The notes beneath the pieces are model-generated. The model was given only the letters and a program-made list of their open reading frames with translations. It was not told where the DNA came from and did no database searches. Made by a program: the position numbers and the translations under genes. 64,000 nucleotides of DNA from the NCBI GenBank assembly GCA_964247055.1, contig OZ176057.1, positions 2,046,001 to 2,110,000 of the forward strand, in the 5' to 3' direction. Shown here piece by piece: positions 41,501 through 51,091 of this stretch. Origin of the DNA: Paragordius varius. Lineage: Eukaryota; Animalia; Nematomorpha. The first letter of the stretch is position 1, and each line of letters starts with the position of its first letter.

Positions 41501-44116
41501 ACGATAAAATTTTATTAATAATTTATTATTGATTTGGATGATGTGTGTTTCAAATTATTCTTAGACCTACTATTTCATACTAAATAAATGAAAGATTTTT
41601 CTATAAATGATATTTAATAAAAGTCATTGTTTTAAGTTAAAAATAGGGAATAAAAATGTAAAAACAATTCCCATACTTAATTTATATTTCAAATTGTTAA
41701 AAATTGTTTATGTGGAAAAAATCAAGGTATGAAAAATTATAATTGTTTGTTGATATTTGTCTTATTTTACATTTTGTCCTTTATGATTTCAATTTTAACT
41801 GTATATTTATTAAAAGTTCGTTCATCTGGCATAAAGTGGCTGGTATTTATTTCAAAGTTATAACTAAAAATAATATATCTCAACCAAACATCATTAGCCG
41901 TCAAATGTAAAAATGTCAATTCAAAACTTATAACTTATTTCGTATATGATTAAATCTAAATGTTGTATATTTATAATTTCGACCTTGAACTAGGTAAAGT
42001 AATTTTTCTTGGCAGCGAGATCGATAAAATAATTGTGAAATAAAAATAATTGCTTTCCCCGAAAAAAAAGTTTTTTTTGATACTAATAATCCATATGAAG
42101 TTGCAATTTTTTACTTAATTATGACAAATGATTGTGTTGATACTTATTTTATCTGTCACCTACCTAGTTAAAACTTAACTGTAATTTTATTTGTGCTTAA
42201 AAACTCTATAACATATTTAACACTGTTTGGTTATATAAAACCTTATGAAGAGTAGGCTAAGAGATAATTCAGAAGATTATCAATAATCTCAATTATTTTT
42301 TATTTTATAATGGATCACTTTTAATTTTAAAGCCATTGTATTATGTAAAGCCATCGAAAATTATTGTCACAGACAGTGTTTTTATAGAGTTTTCATTGGC
42401 TTAAATATGTAATAAAAGATATTATTGATTAAAAGAAACCTGACTTAATATTTTGCTAAATACCTGATTGCGTATTAAACAATAAATGTTTAATTTCTAA
42501 CAGTATTGTTATTTATACAGTCTAAAATATGTGAAACTATGTATGTTTCTAACCAATATACTAAACATTCAATGCAAATCATATTTAATTGCGCTCAAAA
42601 GATTAATAAATTTAAATTTTTATTTATAAAATGTTTTTTACTAACCTATTTTTAATAATCTAATAATTATTTCCTTTTTGAAAAATTGTATTATTTGAAT
42701 TTTTATTGCATTTGCATATATTAAAATCATGTTTCATATAATCAATGTTTTGGTAGATATTAAAACTAAAAATCGCTTTGAGACGTAAAATTGGTATGTA
42801 TGGTATACATTCATTTTCAATAATAATTACATTTAAAAATCATTATAATAATTATAAATTAAACAATTTAATTCAATGCAATTCAATTATACACTTAATA
42901 TATATGGACACTCTATGTGTCCGTTACATTTTCATAATCTAGCTGCCATTTTTGTTTTTTTATACAAAAGCAATTTTTAAATTAACCATGAAATTCGTTC
43001 TAGACATAACCAATTATAAAAAATGATTATTAAAATTAAAATATTTTTACGATATTTGGATTGTCGAAACATCCGTAATCATTTAGATAAAATATTAAGC
43101 GTTATTTGAGGTAAATTTATATAAGAGATTTGAGTTCAATCCACAAAATTTAGCAGGTAAATTTGACATTACTTGACAGATAATGATTTTTCACAACTCC
43201 CGACCTTTTTTTAAACTCCCAAAAAATGGAATTTAACAACATTTTTTGAAGCATGGTGCTTTTGCCTTAAAAGAAGCTCCACTCTATTAAATTTCCCTTG
43301 ACATTTGTATGTGATTATATTATTTGTTGGCCCTTTTCAATTTATTCAATGAAAATTGGGTAAATAAAAATAACCATCTTACCTGATACATATACATTTC
43401 CCCAAAAACTTACTTTTGATAAATTACACATTCACATGTTCAAAATAGTATAGCTATATGGAAATTTAAATTTTAAAAAAATATCAAAGCCACATGACTA
43501 AAAAGAATGATTTCAAAATTAAAAAACCAATTTTCAAAGGCCTAACTTTCATTTCTGGCGCCCCTCCCCCTCCATGCAACCAACCCCTTGCTTGCATTAT
43601 AAAAAAATAATCAAATTCAAACCCTGGTCATGACCACTGTTCATAAATGGGTGATTTTTTTAATGTATGATTTACAATAATTGCTTTTAAATACCTATTT
43701 TTTGAGATAAAATTAAATTTTATAAAATACGGCGCTCTCCTTCAACTATGGCGCCCTGTGCATTTACTCCCCTTTCATTCCCGTTAGCTAAGCCTTGGCC
43801 ATTTTTATGAACAAAAAAGGGATTAACCTAATTTTTTTGTTTAATCTTTTTTAATCAACAGTTTGCTCTAAGCCATTTTTCCAAAGATGCTCAAATTGTC
43901 TTAAAATCGGAACTGAAACTTAAAATTGTCATAAATAATCATAATAACGTTCCTTAAAATATGTTGCACATTATAAAAAAAGTGTCCTTTTATTAAATGT
44001 TACTAAAAATGACCTTATCCTATTCCCCAAAAAAATATTGCGGTAACGGTTTCGGAATTCAATATGTCCAAAATAATTTTTTATGCTTTAGTCTTCAAAT
44101 GTATATGAAATACATA

Positions 44117-44161
<45 letters not shown>

Positions 44162-44605
44162 AAATGGATATGCAGCGAAAACAATGTGGTTAATTAAATA
44201 TAATGCTGGGTAGTTATAAAAAATTACCTGTTCTTGGTAAACTTTCATACGAACGCGAATGAAAACATTAGCTAACAATAAAGCTAAACCACCAAACACC
44301 AAAGTTATAATTAAATAGAAATGGACAGGTATATAATTCATGATTATCATTGGAGAAGAGGAAGGAGGGTATTCTAAACCATTTCTCCTGTAGTTACCTG
44401 TATTATTTAGGGCGGCAATAATAAGCCTGCTTGATGCTAAAGATGTATTATATGTGAATCCCGTTTTAATTTGATCTTTTTCCAACATAGTTCGTTTGGG
44501 ATTGCCCCTTATTCCTGAGCCACCAAAATAGAGATCAACCAAGGCTTGACAATAAATATTGGATGGGTCTCGCAACAGCGTAACATCAAATATGTCTGGT
44601 ATCAT
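23287..44605 (-). CDS. DUR3: DUR3-type urea transporter (sodium:solute symporter family), 12 coding exons, 2586 nt, 861 aa
   Basis: Exons 44605-44228, 39048-38926, 38188-37978, 36072-35866, 34477-34355, 32460-32254, 31658-31501, 30037-29907, 27872-27683, 25293-25032, 24716-24434, 23599-23287; all GT-AG, phases consistent, no internal stop. DUR3 motifs: FDAGRKV, VSNWTWAATLLQS, GAFWYAAGA, SYTFVGGLGAT, QFGIINVIGNFGAVFIDQSYW, GGLLWFAIPF, MAITSTGA..AVSSIITYD, WLYNVMGILIGSAIFP, DIDNPLSPW. Confidence 0.93.
24434..24716 (-). CDS. DUR3: DUR3 exon 11
   Basis: tcccag| acceptor phase 1; EIFPMFLGNVVSISVG..DIDNPLSPWVDVYD; AA|gtaaat donor. Confidence 0.9.
25032..25293 (-). CDS. DUR3: DUR3 exon 10
   Basis: acatag|INLNWLYNVMGILIGSAIFP..; CAA|gtatta donor phase 1. 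Confidence 0.88.
25524..25905. repeat. Foldback element, subfamily B2 (21-bp units AAATTCACCCTTGAACAATTC) in DUR3 intron 9
   Basis: ATACCATTTACAG / CTGTAAATGGTAT termini; 5-6 tandem units per arm, inverted; ~130-bp spacer. Confidence 0.88.
26670..27053 (+). mobile_element. piggyBac-like family 1, 5'-truncated copy (approximate)
   Basis: Matches the right two-thirds of 13279-13828, ending TGTACCAAGTG. Confidence 0.65.
27683..27872 (-). CDS. DUR3: DUR3 exon 9 (second half of Cys-rich loop + TM helix)
   Basis: tattag|T AAT phase 2; NIESLR..FKCKVHGPYRTYY..SWITLFVAFSILPLTYFLNAVQ; CAG|gtttaa donor. Confidence 0.85.
28045..28565 (+). mobile_element. piggyBac-like family 1, degenerate copy (approximate)
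   Basis: TTCAAATTGGGGTATCTAATACCCCAGACT start; collinear with 13279-13828. Confidence 0.65.
28583..28813. mobile_element. MITE family CAGTAAAAA, degenerate copy (approximate)
   Basis: TACAGTAAAA..ACCAAAACGTAAAAATATAAGACAAAT left arm and inverted right arm. Confidence 0.55.
29907..30037 (-). CDS. DUR3: DUR3 exon 8 (Cys-rich loop)
   Basis: ttaaag|PYRRTNDNNSCLLCGKQRGRKSSARDKCVCVSKTHCTDCTTDD AG|gtgttt; bridges phase 0 (exon 7) to phase 2 (exon 9). No in-frame phase-0 acceptor exists in exon 9, so this exon is required for the model. Confidence 0.85.
30084..30294. mobile_element. Tc1/mariner-type MITE, family CAGTCATGTA (near-perfect palindrome)
   Basis: TA|CAGTCATGTAT..ATACATGACTG|TA; internal inverted AGAATGGAAAAAACAAGAGCTCTATGG; second copy at 49961-50176. 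Confidence 0.85.
31221..31480. mobile_element. MITE family CAGTAAAAA (right end approximate)
   Basis: TA|CAGAAAAAATTGAAATTATACGGA.. with inverted right arm ending just before the exon 7 donor region. Confidence 0.6.
31501..31658 (-). CDS. DUR3: DUR3 exon 7
   Basis: tatgtag|GLVLPLVFTYILGPKGAFLLYLLLLMAITSTGASNILAVSSIITYDIFQTYLK|gtaata; not in the ORF track. Confidence 0.92.
32254..32460 (-). CDS. DUR3: DUR3 exon 6
   Basis: tacgtag|GNFGAVFIDQSYWNCAVACKP..GGLLWFAIPFTLATAAGL..DIDR G|gtcaga. Confidence 0.93.
32904..33188. mobile_element. MITE family CAGTAAAAA, intact reference copy (285 bp)
   Basis: TA|CAGTAAAAACTGAAATTATAC ... ATATAATTTCAATTTTTACTG|TA; ~90-bp imperfect TIRs. Confidence 0.8.
33320..33845 (+). 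mobile_element. piggyBac-like family 2 (left end approximate)
   Basis: Ends AAGTG|TTAA; collinear with 56940-57474 and with the reverse complement of 53806-54309. Confidence 0.6.
34355..34477 (-). CDS. DUR3: DUR3 exon 5
   Basis: taccag|GGIRQMYKYLYCLQGPSENYHESLLTLLSLPGLQFGIINVI G|gtatac. Confidence 0.9.
34655..35453. mobile_element. MITE family CAGTAAAAA split by piggyBac-like copy 34812-35346
   Basis: Left arm TA|CAGTTAAAATTAATTATACGAACAAAACG and right arm GTCCGTATAATTTCAGTTTTTACTA flank the insert. Confidence 0.7.
34812..35346 (+). mobile_element. piggyBac-like family 1
   Basis: CGATTCGAATTGGGGTATCTAAATACC start, CAAGTG|TTAA end. Confidence 0.72.
35866..36072 (-). CDS. DUR3: DUR3 exon 4
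   Basis: aaatag|GGFQATKSLISDIGVVGFCLLMIIIMGSYTFVGGLGATIYVSYINASLIFIIILYVSHVIYARGMATPL G|gtaaat. Confidence 0.92.
37978..38188 (-). CDS. DUR3: DUR3 exon 3
   Basis: gtatag|YGVSGAFWYAAGACVQLILFSNLALQFKIIAPGAKTFVQVIGVRFG..FALLTNTLVTGMLML G|gtaatt. Confidence 0.93.
38926..39048 (-). CDS. DUR3: DUR3 exon 2
   Basis: ttgtag|NNVDRAFDAGRKVTFSLIVSLLVSNWTWAATLLQSTTVTVK|gtacct. Confidence 0.93.
40925..41474 (-). mobile_element. piggyBac-like family 1, inverted copy (550 bp)
   Basis: TTAA|CACTTGGATACAAC ... GAATCGAAGTG|TTAT; reverse complement of 13279-13828. Confidence 0.75.
44127..44158. repeat. (TA)n microsatellite; similar tracts near 12217-12254, 18910-18936, 34632-34654 and 38196-38216
   Basis: Direct read of dinucleotide runs. 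Confidence 0.9.
44228..44605 (-). CDS. DUR3: DUR3 exon 1 (N-terminal extension + first TM helix)
   Basis: accATG at 44605 (the ORF track starts 15 nt earlier at a TTG); ..HFYLIITLVFGGLALLLANVFIRVRMKVYQEQ|gtaatt, phase 0. Confidence 0.82.
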
Positions 44606-45473
44606 GGTTTTTTTTGTCAATTTTGTGTGAAAAGATTAAATTTCTTCGTTTTTTTTCGTTGATTAAGGAACAAAAATAATTTGAAATAAATGATAATAAT
44701 GAGTATGATATGTGTAAAACAGGGAGTTGTGATAAATGATATAAAAAAAATTCTTTAATAATGTGTATTGGAAGAAAACACCACTTTTTTGCGTTTTAAT
44801 TAAACAATTTGGCCAACAAACGTATAAATAAAACTGAAATATAAGAATGATGATGATAAAATAATATAAGATTAATAAAATAATAGGACCACGTAATCAA
44901 TTCCAAGATCTATTAAAATTTCTGAAAAAATTATTTTTTTTCTATTTTATTTAAATGATATTTTTGGATTTTTTTGTTTGTAAAAAGCATTATATAAGAA
45001 ATTTTTATGGTTTATGTGCTTATAATTCGCATTTTATCCATACAATATGCTTTAATACATTAGCCAATGGCTCAATAAAAGCGAAACCATAGCAAAAATT
45101 TGAACCGAAATCAATTAATTGTAAAAATTGATTATCTTAGACATTCGTTGAAACCAGAACCTAACCCAGAGGCATAGATGATTCCGAACTGGAATTTCTT
45201 TGTAAAAATTTTGGTTTCACTTGCTATATATCGACAAGTGTACATTGGATGCCTCATTCTTTAACAGTGGAAGCTATGCATAGTTGCCTTAATCGTAAGA
45301 TATGGCTGGTGACCTGTAAGATGATCCTTTTTCGCGAAATATTTTAATAATTACAAATAAATAGTTTGTTTTACCAATCTTAAAAGGGAAATAGAGAATA
45401 TTATCTTAAAATTTTTCGGAAAACATGTAAGGACTCATTAATGTTCCGAGAAAAAGTTTTTTAATCATATATA

Positions 45474-45888
45474 AATGAATGGCATGTGTTGCGGCGGTTC
45501 GTTTTAAAAGTTAATACGAAAACGGAACTTTTTTTTGGTGGAAAAAACGAGAACAATGATGTACAAGTCACAGACAATGACATTAAAGAATCAGAAGAGA
45601 CACTTAAAGCTAGTAATAAGGATGCTTCGATTGATGTGCGGTGTATAGATGAAAGACAAGAAGAGAAATTCATACATCAGAGGAATCTGGAAATCAGATA
45701 AGGCAAATGATATGTTAAATCGTCTTAAAAGGTTTGGACACGTAGAAAGAATAGATAGTAACTATATTGGTGAAAAGAATAATGAACATATTGTAGTATG
45801 ATGGGAAAACATGGCCCTAAAACGCGAGGACGCCATAGAAAGGGCTCTATGGGTTAAATTACGAATTGACAGCTCGAAAGAGTGATAT
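45474..45888 (+). mobile_element. 5'-truncated, internally deleted copy of the RTE LINE at 5475-8336
   Basis: Collinear nucleotide matches to ~7613-7700 and ~7908-8310 (e.g. GATTGATGTGCGGTGTA, TTTGGACA.GT.GAAAGA, GCTCGAAAGAGTGATAT). Confidence 0.82.
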
Positions 45889-46479
45889 GTAAATGCGCAG
45901 AGGGTGAGGGTTTAATTTGCATATTGGTTTTGGCCTATCTCGTCTAAAATATAAGTTTTTTTAAAAAAGCAAATCCCCAATGAATTTGAATATTAGTTTT
46001 GAATGAGCCGATAACTAAACCGTTTTCTAAGTAGCCGCTCAGTGTACACGTAGCATTGTAAAAACAAATATGCCTTTGAAGCAAATTTTGCGCTAAACCT
46101 GTATTAATGAATTTGAATAATAAACTTTCTTTGTTAAGGATATACTGAATATGAAGAAAACCATTTTTTATTCTAACTAGTTAGTTTGTCCGCGCCCGAA
46201 ATGTTTGATATATTGGATTTAAAGCTAATTTTGGTGAACGTTAAAACTATATTTCAAGTGTAATTTTTTTTATAAATGAGTCATGGTAACTGATAAATAT
46301 TTTGGATAAAACCATAGATTATTATCCTCTCGAAAAAGATTTCTGAACGTATATTGGCTAAGAAAACAAATTCTAAAAAAAAGCAATTAGCTGATGGTTC
46401 AATTATTTGTGAACCAAACAACTATAGTATTATATTATAGATTTTTGTTGTTAAAGCTAAGATCGGAGTCGATTGTCGC

Positions 46480-46815
46480 TATTTCGCAAGTGTAGTTAAG
46501 GCATATTTACGGTTATGTGTGATGGCTATCAACTGTTTGATGGTTTGGTTTCTTTAGTTAATTATCGATCCAACTCATTTTACATCTGCCACGATATTTT
46601 GAACCTTCAACTTTGCTGACCGAAGTAAGATAGTTATATTTTAAGGCATAAGCCGTATAAGGATATTTCGGCTTTAATTATATCGAGGATGTCAGTGTTT
46701 TTAATGTCCTTCCAATTTTTCTCTAGTAATTTTCTCTACACCACATTTCAGAAGCATTGATATATCTTTCATCAACTTTTTCAACTCTCTGCGGCGCACA
46801 GCATGCTTGGGAAGA
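46480..46815 (-). mobile_element. 3' fragment of a second RTE-like LINE family (approximate)
   Basis: KVDERYINASEMWCREKLLEKNWKDIKNTDIL and EGSKYRGRCKMSWIDN resemble the RTE C-terminal EMWCxRRxL..W and RGRPxxxW motifs. Confidence 0.6.
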
Positions 46816-46832
46816 TAAAAGATTTGACTAGT

Positions 46833-47026
46833 TGTAATAAATCAAAACCGTAAAACAATAAGATTTATTGAGATAAAGTGCAAAAACTAAACTACATACA
46901 CAGGTTAAATACAAAATTGATACAATAGTTTAACTCATATATAAAAGGTCATCAAAATGTATTCAAATCTAATATATAAATTGGTCTCGTCTAAGGTTTA
47001 CTAACTTGATGTATTCTAATCTATCA
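46833..47026 (-). repeat. Putative 3' LTR of the Gypsy element (~194 bp)
   Basis: Follows the pol stop and a short purine tract (TAAGGAGATA, 47036-47027); begins TG and ends TTACA; contains AATAAA. Confidence 0.6.
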
Positions 47027-48480
47027 TATCTCCTTATCCAAATCCGAGCCGATCTGGTGCTTTTCTTTCCCTAAGAGGATATCTTCTTTCAGGTTCTTTC
47101 TCAGTTGTCTCTTCCGTTCTTATTTCAACCTGGGTGTCTTTCTCGTTTTCTTTTTCTTTGCTTGGTTCCTCCTCCACCTTCCGATTATTGGTTGTCATCT
47201 CTTCATCTGTTTGGTTTATTGTTAAATTATCATCCTCCTCAACGCCGTTCTCGACTCCGGTCGGCCGTAATTGATCCGCATGCTTGCGAAGTGTTCGATT
47301 TCCATCTTTAACCGTGAACGAGAGTAGCCCTGTTCTCTCCAAAATTGAACCTTTTCTCCACCCTGAATTGATTTCATTCTTTATGTACACTTCTTCGTCC
47401 GGTCTAAAAACTTGATTGAGAATTATGTCGTCCTCTAATTGTTGTGCGGGTGTTTCCCTAACCCAAGAGAAGGGGGTATTAATATGTCTTTTCAGAAATA
47501 AATTATACGGGCATTCTTTTGTGGCGCTATGTACAGCGGAGCGATAACCCCATAACACTTGGTTTATTTTTTTGTCAGGAGTCAGCTTAGAATCCGTTAA
47601 CGATTAATAGTGTGCTTTTAAGGTGTAAATGACCCGTTCCACCAGCCCATTTGTTCGTGGATGATAGGGGGCGCTAGTGACATGTTTTATGTTTGCTCGT
47701 TGCAAGGTATCTTTAAAATCTTTCGATGCAAAATATGATGCATTATCGGTAACTATTCGGGGAAACCCGTACCTTACACAACAAATTTCCAACCAATGTA
47801 GTATGTTTGCAGAATTAAAAGTTCTTAGCAATTCGACTTCAACCCATCTGTAGCTATTATCGATAGCTACTAACTAATACAACCCATCTATAGGACCGGC
47901 AATATCAAGATGTATCCTTTCCCAGATACTCGTATTATTCCATTTGTACGTTGGATTACTTTTTATGTTACTCCGGTTTAACTGACACCCCATACAAGAT
48001 CTCACATAACTTTCAATATCTTGGTTTATACCTGGCCAATAAACCCTAGCCTTGGCATACTCTTTCATTACATTAGCCCCCGAATGTCCAACATGCAAAA
48101 ATTTTAACGTTTCATTTCGCAACGCCCTGGGAATAAACAGACGATCGCCCCAATACAACAACCCATATCTTGTATTTCGTTTCTTTTACTCAATATCGAA
48201 TTTAAAATTGGAGCTGACCAATCATTATGATGTAGAGCCGATTTTAATGCCATCAAAAACTCATCCCGTAAAGTATTTTCTTTCATTCGCTGTACGCTTA
48301 AGTTGTCAGTTGTTAGAAAGTTGATATGCCTGGGTTGCTCCTCAACTTCCTCAGTCGGCTCTTCATACGGTAGACGAGATGACCAATCCGCTAAAATAGC
48401 ATCTTATTTCTTATTCAACTACCACAGATCAAAGTCAAAGTAACTCGTTAGAAATATCTAATGAGGCGGCCCTAATTAAT
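47027..48480 (-). mobile_element. Gypsy/Ty3 LTR retrotransposon, 3' part of pol (RNase H end + integrase), 5' truncated
   Basis: YFDFDL..ADWSSRLP (RNase H end); LHVGHSG..YWPGI..CMGC (HHCC); WERIHLDIAGP, IVTDNA, SAPYHPRTNGLVER (DDE); C-terminal RRYPLRERKAPDRL*. ORFs 47874-48161, 47604-47831 and 47034-47558 are one frame broken by two stops. Confidence 0.93.
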
Positions 48481-49223
48481 GAGAGATTAAATAAAATTAC
48501 CATAGAAAATCAAATTAATTCCAACAAAATGACTTATTCTATTGTTAATATTCAAGGTTTAACTCCTACAAAACTAGATTCAAAGACTACCTTAGATACG
48601 AATGCAAATAATGCAGAAGCCCAATCAAATATTGCAAATCATATGTCAACAACCCCTGGGAAGCCCATTAAAATTCGTTTTATGTTATCACATAATTTAT
48701 ATTTATATAATATTTTTTTATACATACTTAGACACACATTTAATAAATAATTTTATATTGATACTAAATAACATTATCATTAAGAAAAATATGCGCACAT
48801 TTTTAGGAGTTATATGAATTATATAATTGGTATTTATTAATATATTACTGAAAAATTTTGTTTAATTTGTTTTTTCGCCTAATTGTGGGGTATTCAACAA
48901 GTGATCGTCCGTTATGCTTTATGTGGCCATCAAAACTTCTCTAAAAAATATAATCAAAATTTGAATTAAAAAATAATATTTTCATTTAAAGCCAATTAAA
49001 TTATTATTTATTTTTAGTAATAAGTCTTTAAACTCATAAAAATTTTACTTATCATGAACAGCGTCGATTCTTCGCTACAGAATATCATTTTAATGCTTTT
49101 CTAAAAATATAAGACCGTATAATGTTTTACAACCGTAAATAACTGTTTTAAAATCACTAGTAGGTCAAATTATAAGATTTAAGCAATACCCTGAACCATT
49201 GTATGTTATTTTAAAAAATATTT

Positions 49224-51020
49224 ATGATTCGATTGATTAAAATAGCATATGTTCTCGTTATTTTATGTGCGGCTCGTTTTGGACAAAGTGCGTCCCATGA
49301 AGCCATTGGTTTTGGGCACATTTGTCTTGAAACTTGCTCACTCGAACCAATAAATAAAGCCGTTGTTCAAAAAATTTTCTTTAAAATATTATTTTTTACC
49401 ATATTATATATATTGTCATAATTTTAATAATATTATTAGGTTATAAATTAATTTATATTATGCATTGAATTGTACGTAAACTATATCATATATTTTTCAA
49501 GGTTAACATCAAAACTGGTTCCAAATTTGTCGGTAAATATATCGAATATCATTATTTTAACGTTAAAAAGCAAGCAGAGTTATGAAACTATAAAAAGCGT
49601 TTTTTAAGGTAACCTACATATTGGTTTTGGCGAAGTTTTAAGGTTAGTTTTATCCAAAAGGGATTGGGTACTCTCATTTTTGATTTAAAAAAGAAAAAAA
49701 ATATATTTATATTTATTCTTTTTTTTGAAAAAAAAAACTATTTAAAAATATTCAAGTAACAAAATGCGATTATTATCCGGAACACTTACTTTTACAACCT
49801 TTATGATATTTGTGGTAAATTTAGGCCACGTTCATGGTATGATTTTAATTCTTATTTATATAGATTATTTTTCCTACTAAAAATTTTTTTAACAGTTAGG
49901 CAATATGCAAAAAAACCGTATTTATGCATGTTTTCTTAAAAATCAGAGATTGCTATATTACAATCATGTATCCTTTAAAAAATTTATTTTCTTTCGTTAA
50001 ATGGTTATAAATGTTTGTTTGAGAATGGAAAAAACAAGAGCTCTATGGAATTAACAACATCATATTCATTATATAGAAATTACCATAGAGCTCTTGTTTT
50101 TTCCATTCTTTACCAAATATTTATACCCATTTAACGAAAAAAAGTAAATTTTGATAAAATAAAGGATGCGTGACTGTATATTAATGATAAATATTTAGTT
50201 AAAATAGGTACATTTTTATTTAATCTATAAAAAAATAGAGCTTGGTCCATTTATTTATCTTAAATAACAAAACGTATTTTGTAAACAATATTTGCATAAG
50301 CGGTACTACTCACATATTTAATTATATATAATATATATCATTTAAGCCGAAAAATTAACTGTTTAGGATAAATATTAAATCGCATTTATTTTGACACAAA
50401 TCAAGCATTATTTTTTAACCTGATGGATGCGTAAAATGCAATGGCCGGCTAATTGAGGAGATTTATATAATAGAAATAAAAAATTTAGGAAAAGATAAAC
50501 CTTTAGAATTATTAAAGCGTTGTTCTAGATTAACAGAAATACATTTTTATGTTATTGAAAAAATTAGGAGATTGTCGTATTTTACTGCCTGGTTTTGTGT
50601 TAACTCCACCCTTGGGCCCACTCACTATAAAGGGAACGAGGATAATCAATTTTAAAAGTATTGGCGCTGGATGTGATGTTAATGCTGCCATTGAATTGCC
50701 CCTGGATGCCTCAGCAAGTTAGTATTAGAAACTAACTTGGTCTACTTTATTTACTATTTACATTTCTTTAACATGTATACCTTATTTTAGAATTTCAATT
50801 GGTTAATGCGATCGTCGATTTATCCAAAGATGGTATAAGAGGTTCTATCCCTGGATTAACAGTTACATTATCGCCTGCCAAACCAAATTATTTGATTTTT
50901 AGAATGGTTTTAACAAATCTTCTCAATTCAACCTTAAAATTTAGGGTATACACTTATTCAATTTTAATGAGATGCAGAGATGTCCCACTGGTTGAGGCAA
51001 TTTTAGCCTCCCTTTCATAA
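49224..51020 (+). CDS. Candidate orphan gene B (putative secreted beta-rich protein); exons 49224-49287 (tentative), 50568-50717, 50791-50945(+), stop 51020
   Basis: MIRLIKIAYVLVILCAARFGQ-R-DCRILLPGFVLTPPLGPLTIKGTRIINFKSIGAGCDVNAAIELPLDASA-K-FQLVNAIVDLSKDGIRGSIPGLTVTLSPAKPNYLIFRMVLTNLLNSTLKFR..AILASLS*; a clean 73-nt GT-AG intron (gttagt..ttttag) joins two GC-elevated open exons in phase. Confidence 0.6.
49961..50176. mobile_element. MITE family CAGTCATGTA, second copy
   Basis: TA|CAATCATGTATCC ... GGATGCGTGACTG|TA; interior matches 30084-30294. Confidence 0.8.
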
Positions 51021-51091
51021 TAATTAAATTACATTTATAATTAAATTTAAGTTAATTAAATTTTTTAACAATTTAAATAACATAATATAAA

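Noticed and set aside
44690-44745. GATAA clusters and a TATA-like element upstream of DUR3, suggesting fungal-style nitrogen regulation
   Set aside because: Expected by chance at ~78% AT; no transcription start data.
46170-46200. ACTAGTTAGTTTGTCCGCGCCCG (and ATCTATATAATTAAA at ~40581) as ends of further Helitrons
   Set aside because: Single termini without a hairpin or a partner end.
48529-48750. ORF MTYSIVNIQGL.. as a LINE endonuclease start or a gene
   Set aside because: Only the NIQGL pentapeptide is suggestive; no downstream APE motifs.
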